Shown here piece after piece: positions 1-10,505 of a DNA stretch of 64,000 bases. The number at the start of each line of letters is the position of its first letter. Position 1 is the first letter of the stretch. The notes below the pieces were generated by a model. It was given only the letters and a program-made list of their open reading frames with translations. It made no database searches and was not told where the DNA came from. The stretch spans positions 64,001-128,000 of the forward strand of contig JBBRLI010000004.1 in NCBI GenBank assembly GCA_038231455.1, read 5' to 3'. The position numbers were made by a program, and so were the translations under genes. This DNA is from Vulcanimicrobiales bacterium. GTDB taxonomy: Bacteria > Vulcanimicrobiota > Vulcanimicrobiia > Vulcanimicrobiales > Vulcanimicrobiaceae.

Positions 1-1
1 C

Positions 2-769
2 ATCGGCACCGTGCTGCTCATCAGCGGTATCGTGTATGCCGTCGTCGGCGGCGCCGCCGCATCGCAACTGCAAAATCCCCCCGCCGGCTATACGGTCGCC
101 GGTGCGACCGCTGCGGCCAAAGCCTCGGATTCGCATTCGTTCACGCCGGCCCAAGTGTTGCGCACGCCGCAACTCTATCTGCTCTGGCTAATGCTCTTCG
201 TCAACGTGGTCGCCGGGATCTTAATCGTCTCGAATGCCGTGCCGATCATCCGCGAACTCATTTCCAAAGGCGTTACCGACCCCGACGCAATCAAGGCGCT
301 CACCGGAACCGCGATCAGCGCGTACGCCTTCGTCGCCGTGTTCAACGGTCTTGGCCGTTTTTTCTGGGGCGCGATCTCCGATCGACTGGGCCGCAACAAT
401 GCGTACGCGATGATCTACGGCGTGCAGGCGGTGGTGTTTTTCCTCTTACCGGGATTCCACTCAATTCCGCTCGTGCTCTTCGCCTTCGCGATCATTCTTG
501 CGTGTTACGGCGGTGGCTTTGCCGTTATGCCGTCGTTCAACGCCGACTACTTCGGAACGAAGTTCCTCGGGCAGAACTACGGCTTCATCCTCACGGCGTG
601 GGGAGCTGCGGGCCTCGTCGGTCCGTACATTGCGGGCGCCGTCAAAGATGCAACGGGCAGTTTCTCCGGAGCGCTGATACCGCTTGCGGTCATGTTGCTC
701 ATTGCAATCGTCCTCCCGTTCATCACCAAGAAACCGGCGGCAACCGCGGCCGCCGTCGCAACCGCGTAA
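2..769 (+). CDS. MFS transporter, oxalate/formate antiporter (OFA) family, 5'-truncated by window edge
   Basis: Multi-TM ORF open from window start; motifs FNGLGRFFWGAISDRLGR, CYGGGFAVMP, DYFGTKFLGQNYG typical of OFA/OxlT-like MFS. Confidence 0.85.
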   Translation: MGTVLLISGIVYAVVGGAAASQLQNPPAGYTVAGATAAAKASDSHSFTPAQVLRTPQLYLLWLMLFVNVVAGILIVSNAVPIIRELISKGVTDPDAIKALTGTAISAYAFVAVFNGLGRFFWGAISDRLGRNNAYAMIYGVQAVVFFLLPGFHSIPLVLFAFAIILACYGGGFAVMPSFNADYFGTKFLGQNYGFILTAWGAAGLVGPYIAGAVKDATGSFSGALIPLAVMLLIAIVLPFITKKPAATAAAVATA

Positions 770-785
770 CCGTACGCGTCACCAA

Positions 786-825
786 AACAAAGGGGCGGCC
801 GTCGCTAGATGGCCGCCCCTTTGTT
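786..825. terminator. Bidirectional intrinsic terminator between convergent OFA and nrfD genes
   Basis: AACAAAGGGGCGGCC-gtcgctagat-GGCCGCCCCTTTGTT inverted repeat with A/T tails on both sides. Confidence 0.85.
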
Positions 826-840
826 CGTTCTGTGCTACCG

Positions 841-1902
841 TTATTCAGGCGGTCGGAGCGTTGCGCGCGCATCGTCGGCCGACGTGCGACCCGCTTCCAT
901 AATCGTTTCGCGCAAGATATAGCCGCCGAAGAGCGTAAGCCCCGCTGCGAGCACGGTTTTTATACGGTGATGTTTTGCCGTACCGCGTTTGGCAAAGAGT
1001 GCGGGCAGATTCATCAAGACGGGTGCCGCGATGCCTAAGCCAAGCGTGTACGTTTTGAGTTTCTTTCCGGTCGTGCCGGTGAAGAATGGCGCGCCGTGTT
1101 CTTTTGCGCGCATCTGGTAGTCGAGCAACAGCGCGGCTTCGGCAGTCGCGGCGAGAACTTCGATCTTCTCGAGTCGCTCGATCGTCTCGGCGCTCCCGCC
1201 GGTAAGCGCGAGCAGCGCGGCGTTCAGCGCGCAGGCCGTACTCGTGGCCGAACAGACGAAGATCGCGGGGATGTGTTTTCGGCCAACGTACCACACCGGA
1301 ATCGCCGTCGCCGAGATGAGGACGCCGGTGTAGGACGCCATAAGGCACGCGCCGAGCGCAAGCAAACCGTTGCGCAAAATCTTCGGCACGAATCCGCCGA
1401 AATGGATCGGCAGAATACCATCGCGAAAAAGCTGATCGGCAACCGCAAGTCCCGCCGCTGCGGAAAAGAGCGAGAGCGAATACACGCCCACCGACATCGG
1501 CGACTTTAGCTTGAAGATGCGGAGCATGTTGTAGAATTTTTCGGGGACGCCGAGATCCTTGATCAAGAGCGCGCCCGACGCAGCCGAAAACACGACGGCG
1601 ATGTAGCGCCCGTTGCGGATCAGCGGCTCATCTTGCTTGGAGCCGACGGTGTCGGCGAGTGCGGCGAGCATCGCACTGCCGCTCATCATCCCGCCGAGAT
1701 AAAAATACCAGACGATTTCCCAGCGCCAGTGCGCTTTGCGCACGACTGGATGTTCGAAATACGAGGTCTGCTCGCGCCCGAATCCGCCGTCGCCCTTGGC
1801 CATCGATGCGGCGACCGCGTCGGGCGAAATGGACGACGCTCCACTCGCGTCGCCGTACGCAGCGCCGTGTTTGCCTTTCCCGTAGTTGAGGTCGATCTGC
1901 AC
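841..1902 (-). CDS. NrfD/PsrC-family membrane anchor of molybdoenzyme
   Basis: HWRWEIVWYFYLGG, LLIKDLG.PEKFYNML, SPMSVG, YTGVL motifs; GTG start just after the Fe-S subunit stop. Confidence 0.88.
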   Translation of the reverse strand: MQIDLNYGKGKHGAAYGDASGASSISPDAVAASMAKGDGGFGREQTSYFEHPVVRKAHWRWEIVWYFYLGGMMSGSAMLAALADTVGSKQDEPLIRNGRYIAVVFSAASGALLIKDLGVPEKFYNMLRIFKLKSPMSVGVYSLSLFSAAAGLAVADQLFRDGILPIHFGGFVPKILRNGLLALGACLMASYTGVLISATAIPVWYVGRKHIPAIFVCSATSTACALNAALLALTGGSAETIERLEKIEVLAATAEAALLLDYQMRAKEHGAPFFTGTTGKKLKTYTLGLGIAAPVLMNLPALFAKRGTAKHHRIKTVLAAGLTLFGGYILRETIMEAGRTSADDARATLRPPE

Positions 1903-1904
1903 GG

Positions 1905-2699
1905 CTAGTCCTTCGCCGCCATGATGTTCCACGCAAGAGCGCCGAGGGCAAGAGCAGCAACAAAGCCACTCGTGTACGCCGCTTTCTGGAACGTCGACGG
2001 AAGTACGGGCTTGGGCGGCAAGTTGAACACTTCGGGACGATCGGGAATCATGAAGAATGCGTTGAGGTCGCCAACCGCACCCATGTCCTCGCCGAGGCCG
2101 TAGATCCGAACGTTCTTGCCTTCGGCATTGAGCTTCTCAAGACGCGCGCTGGCAACGGCCTTGAGTTCTTCAACGGGTCCAAAGAGAATCGAATCGGTCG
2201 GACACGATTTTGCGCATGCGGGTTCGAGCCCGTCTTTCTGCCGGTCGTAGCAAAGCGTACACTTCTGCGCGATGCCGGTGCTGTGCGAAACCGCGACGAC
2301 GCCAAAGGGGCACGACGGGACGCAGTACCCACAGCCATTGCAGATGTCGGGCTGCACGTAGACGTCGTCGAATTCGTTGCGGACGATCGCGCCGGTCGGG
2401 CACGCTTCAAGACAACCCGCATTCGTACAGTGCTTACACACATCGGACATCATCATCCAACGCGAGTCGAGCGGATTGATGCGATCCATCTGTTCGACGA
2501 AGGCGACGTGACGCCACGTATCCGACGAGAGGCGGTTCGTATTGTCGTACGAGTTCCCCGACATCGCGTAGCCGTCGGCGGGCAACTCATTCCACTGTTT
2601 GCAGGCAACTTCGCAGGCTTTGCAGCCGATGCACAGCGTGACGTCGGTAAAGAATCCCATCTTGGTGTGGGGCTCGGCGATCAGATCGATCTCGGTCAC
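1905..2699 (-). CDS. Formate dehydrogenase 4Fe-4S beta subunit (FdnH/HybA-like)
   Basis: Four Cys clusters: CIGCKACEVAC, CKHC.NAGCLEAC, CNGCGYCVPSC, CTLC...PACAKSC; C-terminal hydrophobic helix; GTGA overlap with alpha subunit. Confidence 0.92.
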   Translation of the reverse strand: MTEIDLIAEPHTKMGFFTDVTLCIGCKACEVACKQWNELPADGYAMSGNSYDNTNRLSSDTWRHVAFVEQMDRINPLDSRWMMMSDVCKHCTNAGCLEACPTGAIVRNEFDDVYVQPDICNGCGYCVPSCPFGVVAVSHSTGIAQKCTLCYDRQKDGLEPACAKSCPTDSILFGPVEELKAVASARLEKLNAEGKNVRIYGLGEDMGAVGDLNAFFMIPDRPEVFNLPPKPVLPSTFQKAAYTSGFVAALALGALAWNIMAAKD

Positions 2700-5600
2700 G
2701 GCTGATTCTCTCCTCGGGCATGAACGCGCGCAGAGGCATCCATGACGGTTTGCGCGGAGACGATGCTCTCATCCGTACTCTCGCCGGGTAGCGCAGTACA
2801 TTTTCCGCCGCGCTCGGGTGTCCCAAACGGGGTCTGTTCGCTCGGCGGAACCGGGCGCTGCGTCGCGCCTTCGTGATACGCAAGACGGCGCCCAACGCGA
2901 ATGTTTGCGGTGAACGCTTTTGCTTCATGAATGGAGACGTTCGGATCGGCGACGAGTGGCGGAAGAAGATTCGGCGTGTCGCCCGTGACGATGCCTTGGT
3001 ATCCGAAATGCATCGGAATGCCGATCTGGTGAACGAACTTGCCTTTGCCAAGACGAAACGGCTGGAGTCGTCCGGTGACCAGCGCCTTGAGTTCGATTGC
3101 GCCGCGCTTGGTCTCGACCGTGACCCAATCACCGTTGCGAATGCCGCGTTCCACCGCGAGCTCCGGCGAAATCTCGCAGAAGAGTTCCGGTTGCAATTCG
3201 GCAAGCCACGGCGACCAACGCGTCATCGCACCCGAGAGATGGTGCTCGGTCAAACGGTAGGTCGTAATCACGTATGGATAGTCGGGGTCGCCGACGGCAT
3301 GATACGGATTGTCGCGCCGGTTCCACTCTTTGAGCACCGGATTAAACTGCGCGTTTGGATAGAGGGCGTTTGGGACCGGAGATTCTTTAGGTTCGTAGTG
3401 TGTTGCAATCGGACCATCAACCGTGCCCTGCACGCCAAAGATCTCGGCAACACCAAACTGCTGCATGATAAACGGCGCCGTGCCGTCGTGCGCGTCCATG
3501 CCGCCCGCGCCGGCTTTTGCGCGGAAAGCGGGATCTTTCGCAACGGGAAAATCGGGCACGTCAAAGCCCGTCCACTTCTTCTGCTCGGCGTCCCACCACA
3601 CGAGCTTCTTGTTCTCGCTCCACGGCGCACCGGCGGGATCGGCCGAAGCGCGATTATACAGGTTGCGACGGTTGGCGGGCCACGCCCACGCCCACTGCGG
3701 AGAAACCCAATCGTCTCCCGTCCGACGACGCGTGAGATTCTCGTCTTTGGACGGAAAGTAACCGGTGTAAATCCATGCGCCCGCCGCCGTCGATCCATCG
3801 TCTTTAAGATCGACGAAGGTTTTGATCTGCTCGCCGGTTGTGATGTTGAACCCGTTTATTTCACGCATGATTTTCTCGACGTCGGGTTCACCGTGCGCCC
3901 GTTCGTGCACGTCTTCGGAATCGTAATTCCAGGTGATGTCGAGGATCGGGCGGTCGTTCGGATTCACGGAACCCGCGTAGAGGGCTTTCATCCGTTTGCC
4001 AAGATCGTACAGAAACGCAAGGTCGCTACGGGCGTCGTCCGGCGGATCGACGGCCTTCTCGTGAAATTGTACGAGCCGCATCGTGTTCGTGAACGTGCCG
4101 GATTTCTCGCCGACGGATGCGCTTGGAATGAAGAATACCTCGGTACCCACTTCACGCGGGTCGGTGCCTTCGCGTTTCCAGAACGCGGCCGTCTCCGTCT
4201 CGAAGATGTCGTTACACACCATGAATTTGAGCTGCTCGAGCGCGGCGCGCTGCAAGCCCGCGTTCTGTCCGCCGACCGCCGGATTTTGACCGAAGAGAAA
4301 GAGCCCTTCGATCCCGCCGTCCTTCATATCGAAAAAGAGCGGCATGTGCGAATGATCGCCCGTGACTTTCGGGAGATAGTCAAAGCACCAGTCGTTTTCA
4401 ACGGTGGCAACATCACCCCACCACGCTTTCATTTGCGAGACGGCGTATTTGGGCCAATTCGACCACCAGCCGGTTTTCGCTGTGTGATGGTTCTTCCACG
4501 TCGCAAAGTCGTACTCACCGCGTTCGAACGACGGCGTCTTGATGTAGCCGGGCAGCGTGTCGTACAAGGTGGCGATGTCAGTCGACCCCTGAATCGACGC
4601 GTGTCCGCGCAGCGCCATGATGCCGCCGCCGGGACGACCGACCGAGCCCATCAGCGCGGCGAGCGTCGCAGCGGCGCGAATGTTCTGCACGCCGACGGTA
4701 TGCTGTGCCCAGCCCATCGCGTAGCAGTAGGCCATCGTTTTTTCGCGGCCACCGCTGGAGGCGACGAGTTCGGCAAGTTTGAGGAAGCCTTCGATCGGCG
4801 TACCGCAGATACGTTCGACCATCTCCGGCGTGTAGCGTGCGTAGTGTTTCTTGAGGATATTGATCGCACAGCGCGGATGGTTGAGCGTGAGGTCTTTTTT
4901 CGGACGCGACGGCGTGCCGTCGGCCGGATCTTCCAGCTCGTACGCCCAGCTCGAAACGTCATACGTGCCGGTCTTCTCGTTGAATCCCGAAAAGACGCCG
5001 TCGAGGTCTTCCGTATCGACGAACTTCTCGCTGATGACGTATGCGGCGTTGGTGTAGTTGAGCACGTATTCTTTAAAATAGCGCTCGTTTTGCAACACGT
5101 AATTAATAATGCCGCCGGTGAATGCGATATCCGTCCCCGAGCGGATCGGCAAGTAGATGTCCGCAAGGGCGCTGGTGCGCGTGAAGCGCGGGTCGACGTG
5201 CACGACGGTCGCGCCCCGTTCTTTTGCTTGCGTGACGAAGCGGAACCCAACGGGATGATTCTCGGCAAAGTTCGAGCCTTGGATGAGAATCAGGTCGCTG
5301 TGCTTGAGATCCATCAAGAACGTCGTCGCGCCGCCGCGTCCGTACAAAGTCCCAAGACCTGGGACGGTGGAGCTATGTCAAATTCGGGCTTGGTTCTCGA
5401 TGAATGGTGTGCCGATCGATCGAAAGAGTTTGGTGATGAGATAATTCTCTTCGTTGTCGAGCGTTGCACCGCCGAGCGATGCGAGCGCCATCGTGCGCTT
5501 CACGCGCTGACCCGCCGCATCGGTCTCGACGAACGTGCGGTCGCGCGTCTCTTTTACTTTTTCCGCGATACGCGTCATCGCCCAATCGAGCGTGACGTCT

Positions 5601-5980
5601 TCCCAGTCGGTCGCAAAAGGCGCGCGGTATTTGACTTTGGTCCAGCGATTCGGATTGACGTGCAATTGGAACGTGGCCGCACCTTTGGGACACAGCGTTC
5701 CGCCGTTGATCGGACTTGCCGGATTGCCCTCGATGTCGATGATCTTCTCGTTCTTTGAGTAAATCATCGTGCCGCAGCCGACGGCGCAATACGGACACAC
5801 GCTGGGCGTGGCTTTGGCATCCTTGATGCGCGAGTGCAGCGTCTGCGAGCGCTTCGAGAGTACGTTCGGTAGCGGCGCGATCCGTTTGCCGAGGGCACCG
5901 GCGGCGCGCGCGAGCAGCGAAGTCAGATCGAGCGGCGGACCCTGCGTTTTTGCCATTGTTTCTGATTCGACGACAGACAA
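2696..5980 (-). CDS. fdnG: Selenocysteine-containing formate dehydrogenase alpha subunit (FdnG-like), 1094 aa with Sec at codon 201
   Basis: ORFs 5378-5980 and 2696-5347 are the same frame joined through one TGA (5378-5380): ENQARI-U-HSSTVPGLGTLYGRGG, the FDH active-site context; CPYCAVGC...LCPKG Fe-S motif; GGAG upstream of TTG start. Confidence 0.93.
5349..5380 (-). promoter_or_regulatory. UGA codon plus bacterial SECIS-like hairpin
   Basis: Minus strand TGA-CATAGCTCCACC-GTCCCA-GGTCT-TGGGAC: 6-bp stem with G-containing apical loop beginning 12 nt after the UGA. Confidence 0.8.
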
Positions 5981-6004
5981 AGCGACTCCATGCCGGGAAT
6001 CGTC

Positions 6005-8731
6005 TTATCGTGGAGCGGAACGGACCAAGGCCCGACTTGCTGCCGTTTCTACCGCAAGCTGCAAATCTTTCATGAGGAACGGCTTACTTACGAACGCGTC
6101 CCACGCATCTTCGCGCGTTCTCGGAGCCTGACCGAGCCAGACGAAACCCGTCCGTTCGCGCACGCCCGGATCGATTGTCGCCAAGAAGTCACCCGGTTCG
6201 CCTTCGAGGCGGTCGACATCGATGATTGCAACGTCGCTCGGCGTCTGCGTCGCCGCGAGTGCGACGTCCGAGGCTTTGCCCAGGATCGTCACGGCATAGC
6301 CGGCCCCGCGCAGTGAATGGCCGATATACGATCGCGAGTCGCCGTCGCGATCCTGCACGAGCACCCGGCGCGTGCGGGGACGGTGCTGACTTGTCGAACT
6401 CGGTAAATAGACGCGAAAAACGCTCCCCGCCCCTTCGGTGCTCTCGACATCGATTGCACCGCCGTGCAGATCCACGATCGTTCGGCAGAGGAAAAGCCCA
6501 AAGCCGGTTCCGGTGATTCCGAGCCGGCGGGCGTTCGAGGCCCGTGCGAAGCGGCCGAACAGACGTGCTCGATCGGCGTCCGGAATGCCGATGCCGTGGT
6601 CGTGAATCGCGGTTTCCACACCGTCGCCAAACGCCCGCATCGTGACCTCGACCGGCTCGCCGCCCGGTGAATATTTGATCGCGTTGCCGATCAAATTTTC
6701 GAACACTTGCCGCAGGCGCGCCGCATCGCCCGCAACGATGAACGATTCGGATTCCGTCGTCAGCTCGACGGGCCGCTGATGCGCGAACGACCGCGCGACG
6801 TCGCGGACGAGATAGCTTAAGTCGACGTCGGTAATTTCGAGGACGAGTTCGTTTTGTTCGAGACGCGAGAGGGCTAGCGTATCGGTTGCCAAACCCGCAA
6901 GACGCATCGCACTCGACGAGATCAAATTCAGATATTGCAGCGTATCGCTCCCGGGCGGAGCGTCTTCGGCGAGGACGTCGGCAAAGCCGACGATCGTGGT
7001 GAGCGGTCCTTTGAAATCATGCGCGAGCATCGCGATGAGATCGTTCTTGATCTGATTGAGTTCGACAACCGATGCCCGCCGGCCGGCGAGTTCGTTGTAG
7101 AGCTCGACGTTGCGTGCCGCAACCGCGAAGTACTGGGCAAAGAGTTCGAGCGAAGAGACATCGGCGCCCGTCAGCGTCGCGCCCTCCATGTCCAGAACGT
7201 AGGCGACCTTGCCGGCCGGCGAGCGAATCGGCACGATCAGGCGATGCGCGACCTCATCGAACGTCGAACGTTCCGAAAGAACCGCTGCATCGAGGGCCAT
7301 ATCCGCGCGCGCTTGCTCGTTCGCGTCGAGCGTTAGGTCGCGCGTCGGTACAAACCCGCCGTCGGGCAGCGGGACGTACACGCATGTCGACACGCCGACG
7401 AGCGTTTGCACGCCGAGCGTGAGCGCGTCGATCAGGACGGCTCCGTCAAGCGAGCTAAAGAGTTCGCGAGCGGTCTGCGCGAGCGCCGTAAGGCGCTCGT
7501 TCTGCGCGGTCATCGATCGTTCTCGACGCACTTGTTCTGAGACATCGCGCTGGACGATCACGTAGTGCGTTGCCGCCCCGTCGAGCCCGACGATCGGGCG
7601 CGCGGTCATCGCGGCGTTGTAGGCCGATCCGTCGGCTCGATACGAAACGTACTCGCACTGACCGGCGCGACCGGCGAGAAGCTGCGCGTTGAATGCGCCG
7701 AGCTTCGCGCGGTCGGTGAGCGGACCATCGAAGAGCGCGGTCGACTTGCCGATCACGTCTTCGAGACGCGCGCCCTTTTGACGCAAGAACGCGGAGTTGA
7801 CGTAGACGATAATCTCGCCTCCGCCAGCGTGGGGTTGCACGATCGCGATCGCCTCACTCGCTTCTTCGATCGCCGTCGTGAGCAGCGTGATTCGTTCTTG
7901 CGTCGCTGCCCGATCGGAGAGATCGGTCCCGAAGACGAGCGCGACTTCCGCGCGCCGCGTTCGCACCAGTTCGATGCGAAGTTCGATCGGATAGGTTGTT
8001 CCGTTTTTCCGGGCCGCGATGCTCGTCACGGTCATACGGCCGCTCGGGCTTGCGTGAAGATCGCGAACCCGCTGCGCGAAACGCACCGGATCTTGCAACT
8101 GCGGCAAGAGCGTCGCAAGCGGCAACGACCGCATTTCACTTGCGGAATACCCCAGGTTACGGCACGCCGCCTCGCTTGCGAAAATCACGCGCTGCGTTGC
8201 TTGATCGACGTGAAACAGTTCGATTTGCGAGCTGTCGAAGAGACGCACGAGCGCGCGCCGCGATTCGAATTGTTCGAGGATCGCATCGGCAATCGTGCGT
8301 AGCGCCGTTCTCTGGTCGATCGTGAGTTCGCGCGGTCGACGGTCGAGCACGCAGAGCGTCCCGAGGGCGGCGCCCTCGGATGTGATAAGGGGAACGCCCG
8401 CGTAAAATCGCAAGTGCGAATCGCCCGTAACCAGCGGGTTTTGCGCGAATCGTTCGTCCTTGCGCGCATCGGTGATCTCGAAAAGGTGTTCGCTGCGAAT
8501 CGCATGATCGCAAAAGGCCACTTCACGTGACGTCTCGGTCACATCTTCAAGACCGATATTGGATTTAAACCACTGGCGATCGCTATCGATGAGACTGATG
8601 AGTGAGATCGGCGTGCCGCAGATTTGTGCGGCAAGGCGCGCGAATGAATCGAAGAGTTCCTCGCCGGGCGTATCGAGGAGTTGATAATCGGCGAGGGCCG
8701 CCAGGCGCTCGGCTTCGGTAACGAGTGTCAC
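6005..8731 (-). CDS. Hybrid sensor histidine kinase (GAF-PAS-PAS-GAF-HisKA-HATPase-REC)
   Basis: N-terminal GAF (RFYAGVPL), H-box AHDFKGPLT, NLIGNAIKYS, DHGIGI, GTGFGL, C-terminal receiver-like domain (AIID...SKPF); GTG start overlaps polX TGA. Confidence 0.88.
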   Translation of the reverse strand: MTLVTEAERLAALADYQLLDTPGEELFDSFARLAAQICGTPISLISLIDSDRQWFKSNIGLEDVTETSREVAFCDHAIRSEHLFEITDARKDERFAQNPLVTGDSHLRFYAGVPLITSEGAALGTLCVLDRRPRELTIDQRTALRTIADAILEQFESRRALVRLFDSSQIELFHVDQATQRVIFASEAACRNLGYSASEMRSLPLATLLPQLQDPVRFAQRVRDLHASPSGRMTVTSIAARKNGTTYPIELRIELVRTRRAEVALVFGTDLSDRAATQERITLLTTAIEEASEAIAIVQPHAGGGEIIVYVNSAFLRQKGARLEDVIGKSTALFDGPLTDRAKLGAFNAQLLAGRAGQCEYVSYRADGSAYNAAMTARPIVGLDGAATHYVIVQRDVSEQVRRERSMTAQNERLTALAQTARELFSSLDGAVLIDALTLGVQTLVGVSTCVYVPLPDGGFVPTRDLTLDANEQARADMALDAAVLSERSTFDEVAHRLIVPIRSPAGKVAYVLDMEGATLTGADVSSLELFAQYFAVAARNVELYNELAGRRASVVELNQIKNDLIAMLAHDFKGPLTTIVGFADVLAEDAPPGSDTLQYLNLISSSAMRLAGLATDTLALSRLEQNELVLEITDVDLSYLVRDVARSFAHQRPVELTTESESFIVAGDAARLRQVFENLIGNAIKYSPGGEPVEVTMRAFGDGVETAIHDHGIGIPDADRARLFGRFARASNARRLGITGTGFGLFLCRTIVDLHGGAIDVESTEGAGSVFRVYLPSSTSQHRPRTRRVLVQDRDGDSRSYIGHSLRGAGYAVTILGKASDVALAATQTPSDVAIIDVDRLEGEPGDFLATIDPGVRERTGFVWLGQAPRTREDAWDAFVSKPFLMKDLQLAVETAASRALVRSAPR

Positions 8732-10467
8732 GCTCGGCCGACCAGTGCGCGCTTGCGCGCGACAAATTCCAGGACCCCATCGAGCGGTCGCGTGTTGAGG
8801 ACGTCGTCTTTGGTCAGCCACGCGCGGCGCGCTTGCCCGACCGCAAAAGCGACGTTGTCCAACTGCGTGGCACCGTGCGCGTCGCTATCGCAGGCAAACG
8901 TCACCCCGAACTCGCGCGCCCGGCGCGCAAGTGCGCTTGGCAAATCGAGCCGGTTGGGCTGGCCGTCGATTTCGAGCGCGGTCCCCGTTCGTGCGGCGGC
9001 CGCGAAAACGGCATCGTAATCGAATTCGTATCCCGGGAAGCCGGAGACCTGACGTCCCGTCGGATGGCCGATGATCGAGACGTACGGGTTTTCGCAAGCG
9101 CGGATCAAGCGGGCCGTCATCTCATCGCGCGATTGGTTGGTATTCGCGTGCACACTTGCTATAACGATATCGAGTTCCGCAAGGATGCTATCGTCGTAGT
9201 CGAGCGCGCCGTCGGGCAGGATGTCGACCTCACTCGAGCAGAGCGTGCGAATGCCGTAACGCGTCCCGATCTCCGCGATCCGCGCACGCTGTTCGCGCAA
9301 CTCGCTTGGGTCGACGCCGTAGCGCGACCCGCGGCCCCACGAGTGGTCGCTGATCGAGTGGTAAGCGTAGCCACGCTTTGCGGCGGCTTCGATCATCGCT
9401 TCGAGCGTATCGGCGCCGTCGCTCCAGGTGCAATGCATGTGAAAGTCGCCGCGCAGATCGCCCAGCTCCACCAAGGTTGGAAGCGTTCCGGCACGCGCCG
9501 CCTCGATCTCGCCGATCCCCGAACGCAGTTCGGGCGGAATGTACGCCATCCCAAGCGCCGTGTAGACCTCGGCTTCCGTGCGGCACGTGGTGGTCGTCCC
9601 CGCGCGCAAGTCGACGATACCGTTTTCACTCAAGCGCAGATCCGAGCGTACGGCAAACTCGCGGAGTTGGATGTTGTGTTCGCGGCTGCCGGTGAAGTGT
9701 TGCAGCAAGTTGCCGTACAGATGCGCTTGCAGCACGCGCAGATCGATCTGCAAGCCGCCACTCAGCCAAATACTTGCCTTCGTCTCGCCTTCTGCCAGCA
9801 CGGCCTCGGCTCCGGGATATGCCACGAACGCTGCGATGACGGCTGCGGCGTTTGCCGAGGTACAGATGATGTCGATATCGCCGACCGTCACCTCCGCTCG
9901 GCGCAGACTTCCCGCGTACGTGAGGTCGGCGGCATCGGTCTTCTCAGCAAGATACGCGATGAGCGAGCGAGCGATTGGCAGTGCCTTGCCGATCGGCGTC
10001 CGTGTTTGACGGCCTTTGTATGCCAGCAGGCCGCGCTTCATGTTTTCGATGGACTTCTTCCCGAGGCGCGGGAGCGAGGCGACGGCTCCCGATGCGATGG
10101 CGGCCTCAAGATCCGGCAAAGACGCCACGCCCAACTGCTCGTAGAGCGCCATGGCGGTCTTCATCCCAACCCCGGTGACACCTAAGAGATCGATGAGCGT
10201 CGGTGGGTATTTTGCGCGGAGCTCTTCGAGGTAGTCGCACGTGCCGGTTGCCGCAAGGTCGGCCACGCGCCCAGCGATCGTTTTGCCGACGCCGTTAAGG
10301 TCCGTGAGGGTTCCGCTTGCGATCAGATCGACCACCGGCGCTGCATTCTCAATCGCATCGGCGGCGCGCTCGTAAGCCATGAATTTGAAAAACGGCTCGC
10401 CGGCAAACTCCATGAGCATGCGCATCTCGGTCAAGCGCTGTGCGATCTCGGCGTTCGAATGGGTCAC
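8728..10467 (-). CDS. polX: DNA polymerase X with PHP 3'-5' exonuclease domain
   Basis: GSLRR, GDIDI, QIDLRV, HFTGS catalytic motifs; PHP motifs DFHMH, SDHS, HPTGR, DSDAH. Confidence 0.93.
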   Translation of the reverse strand: MTHSNAEIAQRLTEMRMLMEFAGEPFFKFMAYERAADAIENAAPVVDLIASGTLTDLNGVGKTIAGRVADLAATGTCDYLEELRAKYPPTLIDLLGVTGVGMKTAMALYEQLGVASLPDLEAAIASGAVASLPRLGKKSIENMKRGLLAYKGRQTRTPIGKALPIARSLIAYLAEKTDAADLTYAGSLRRAEVTVGDIDIICTSANAAAVIAAFVAYPGAEAVLAEGETKASIWLSGGLQIDLRVLQAHLYGNLLQHFTGSREHNIQLREFAVRSDLRLSENGIVDLRAGTTTTCRTEAEVYTALGMAYIPPELRSGIGEIEAARAGTLPTLVELGDLRGDFHMHCTWSDGADTLEAMIEAAAKRGYAYHSISDHSWGRGSRYGVDPSELREQRARIAEIGTRYGIRTLCSSEVDILPDGALDYDDSILAELDIVIASVHANTNQSRDEMTARLIRACENPYVSIIGHPTGRQVSGFPGYEFDYDAVFAAAARTGTALEIDGQPNRLDLPSALARRAREFGVTFACDSDAHGATQLDNVAFAVGQARRAWLTKDDVLNTRPLDGVLEFVARKRALVGRA

Positions 10468-10505
10468 GACGAGGACTGGGTTCGCCCAAGACTAAGAGTC
10501 GTCCC

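Noticed and set aside
5378-5380. TGA read as a nonsense mutation splitting FDH into two genes
   Set aside because: Falls exactly at the Sec/Cys ligand position, frame continues, and a SECIS-like hairpin follows
2873-5758. 961-aa plus-strand ORF
   Set aside because: Antisense shadow of fdnG in high-GC DNA; no recognisable motifs
8725-10185. 486-aa plus-strand ORF (also long ORFs 26102-27478, 48988-50571, 57583-58830, 62048-63337)
   Set aside because: All lie antisense to well-supported genes and lack family motifs
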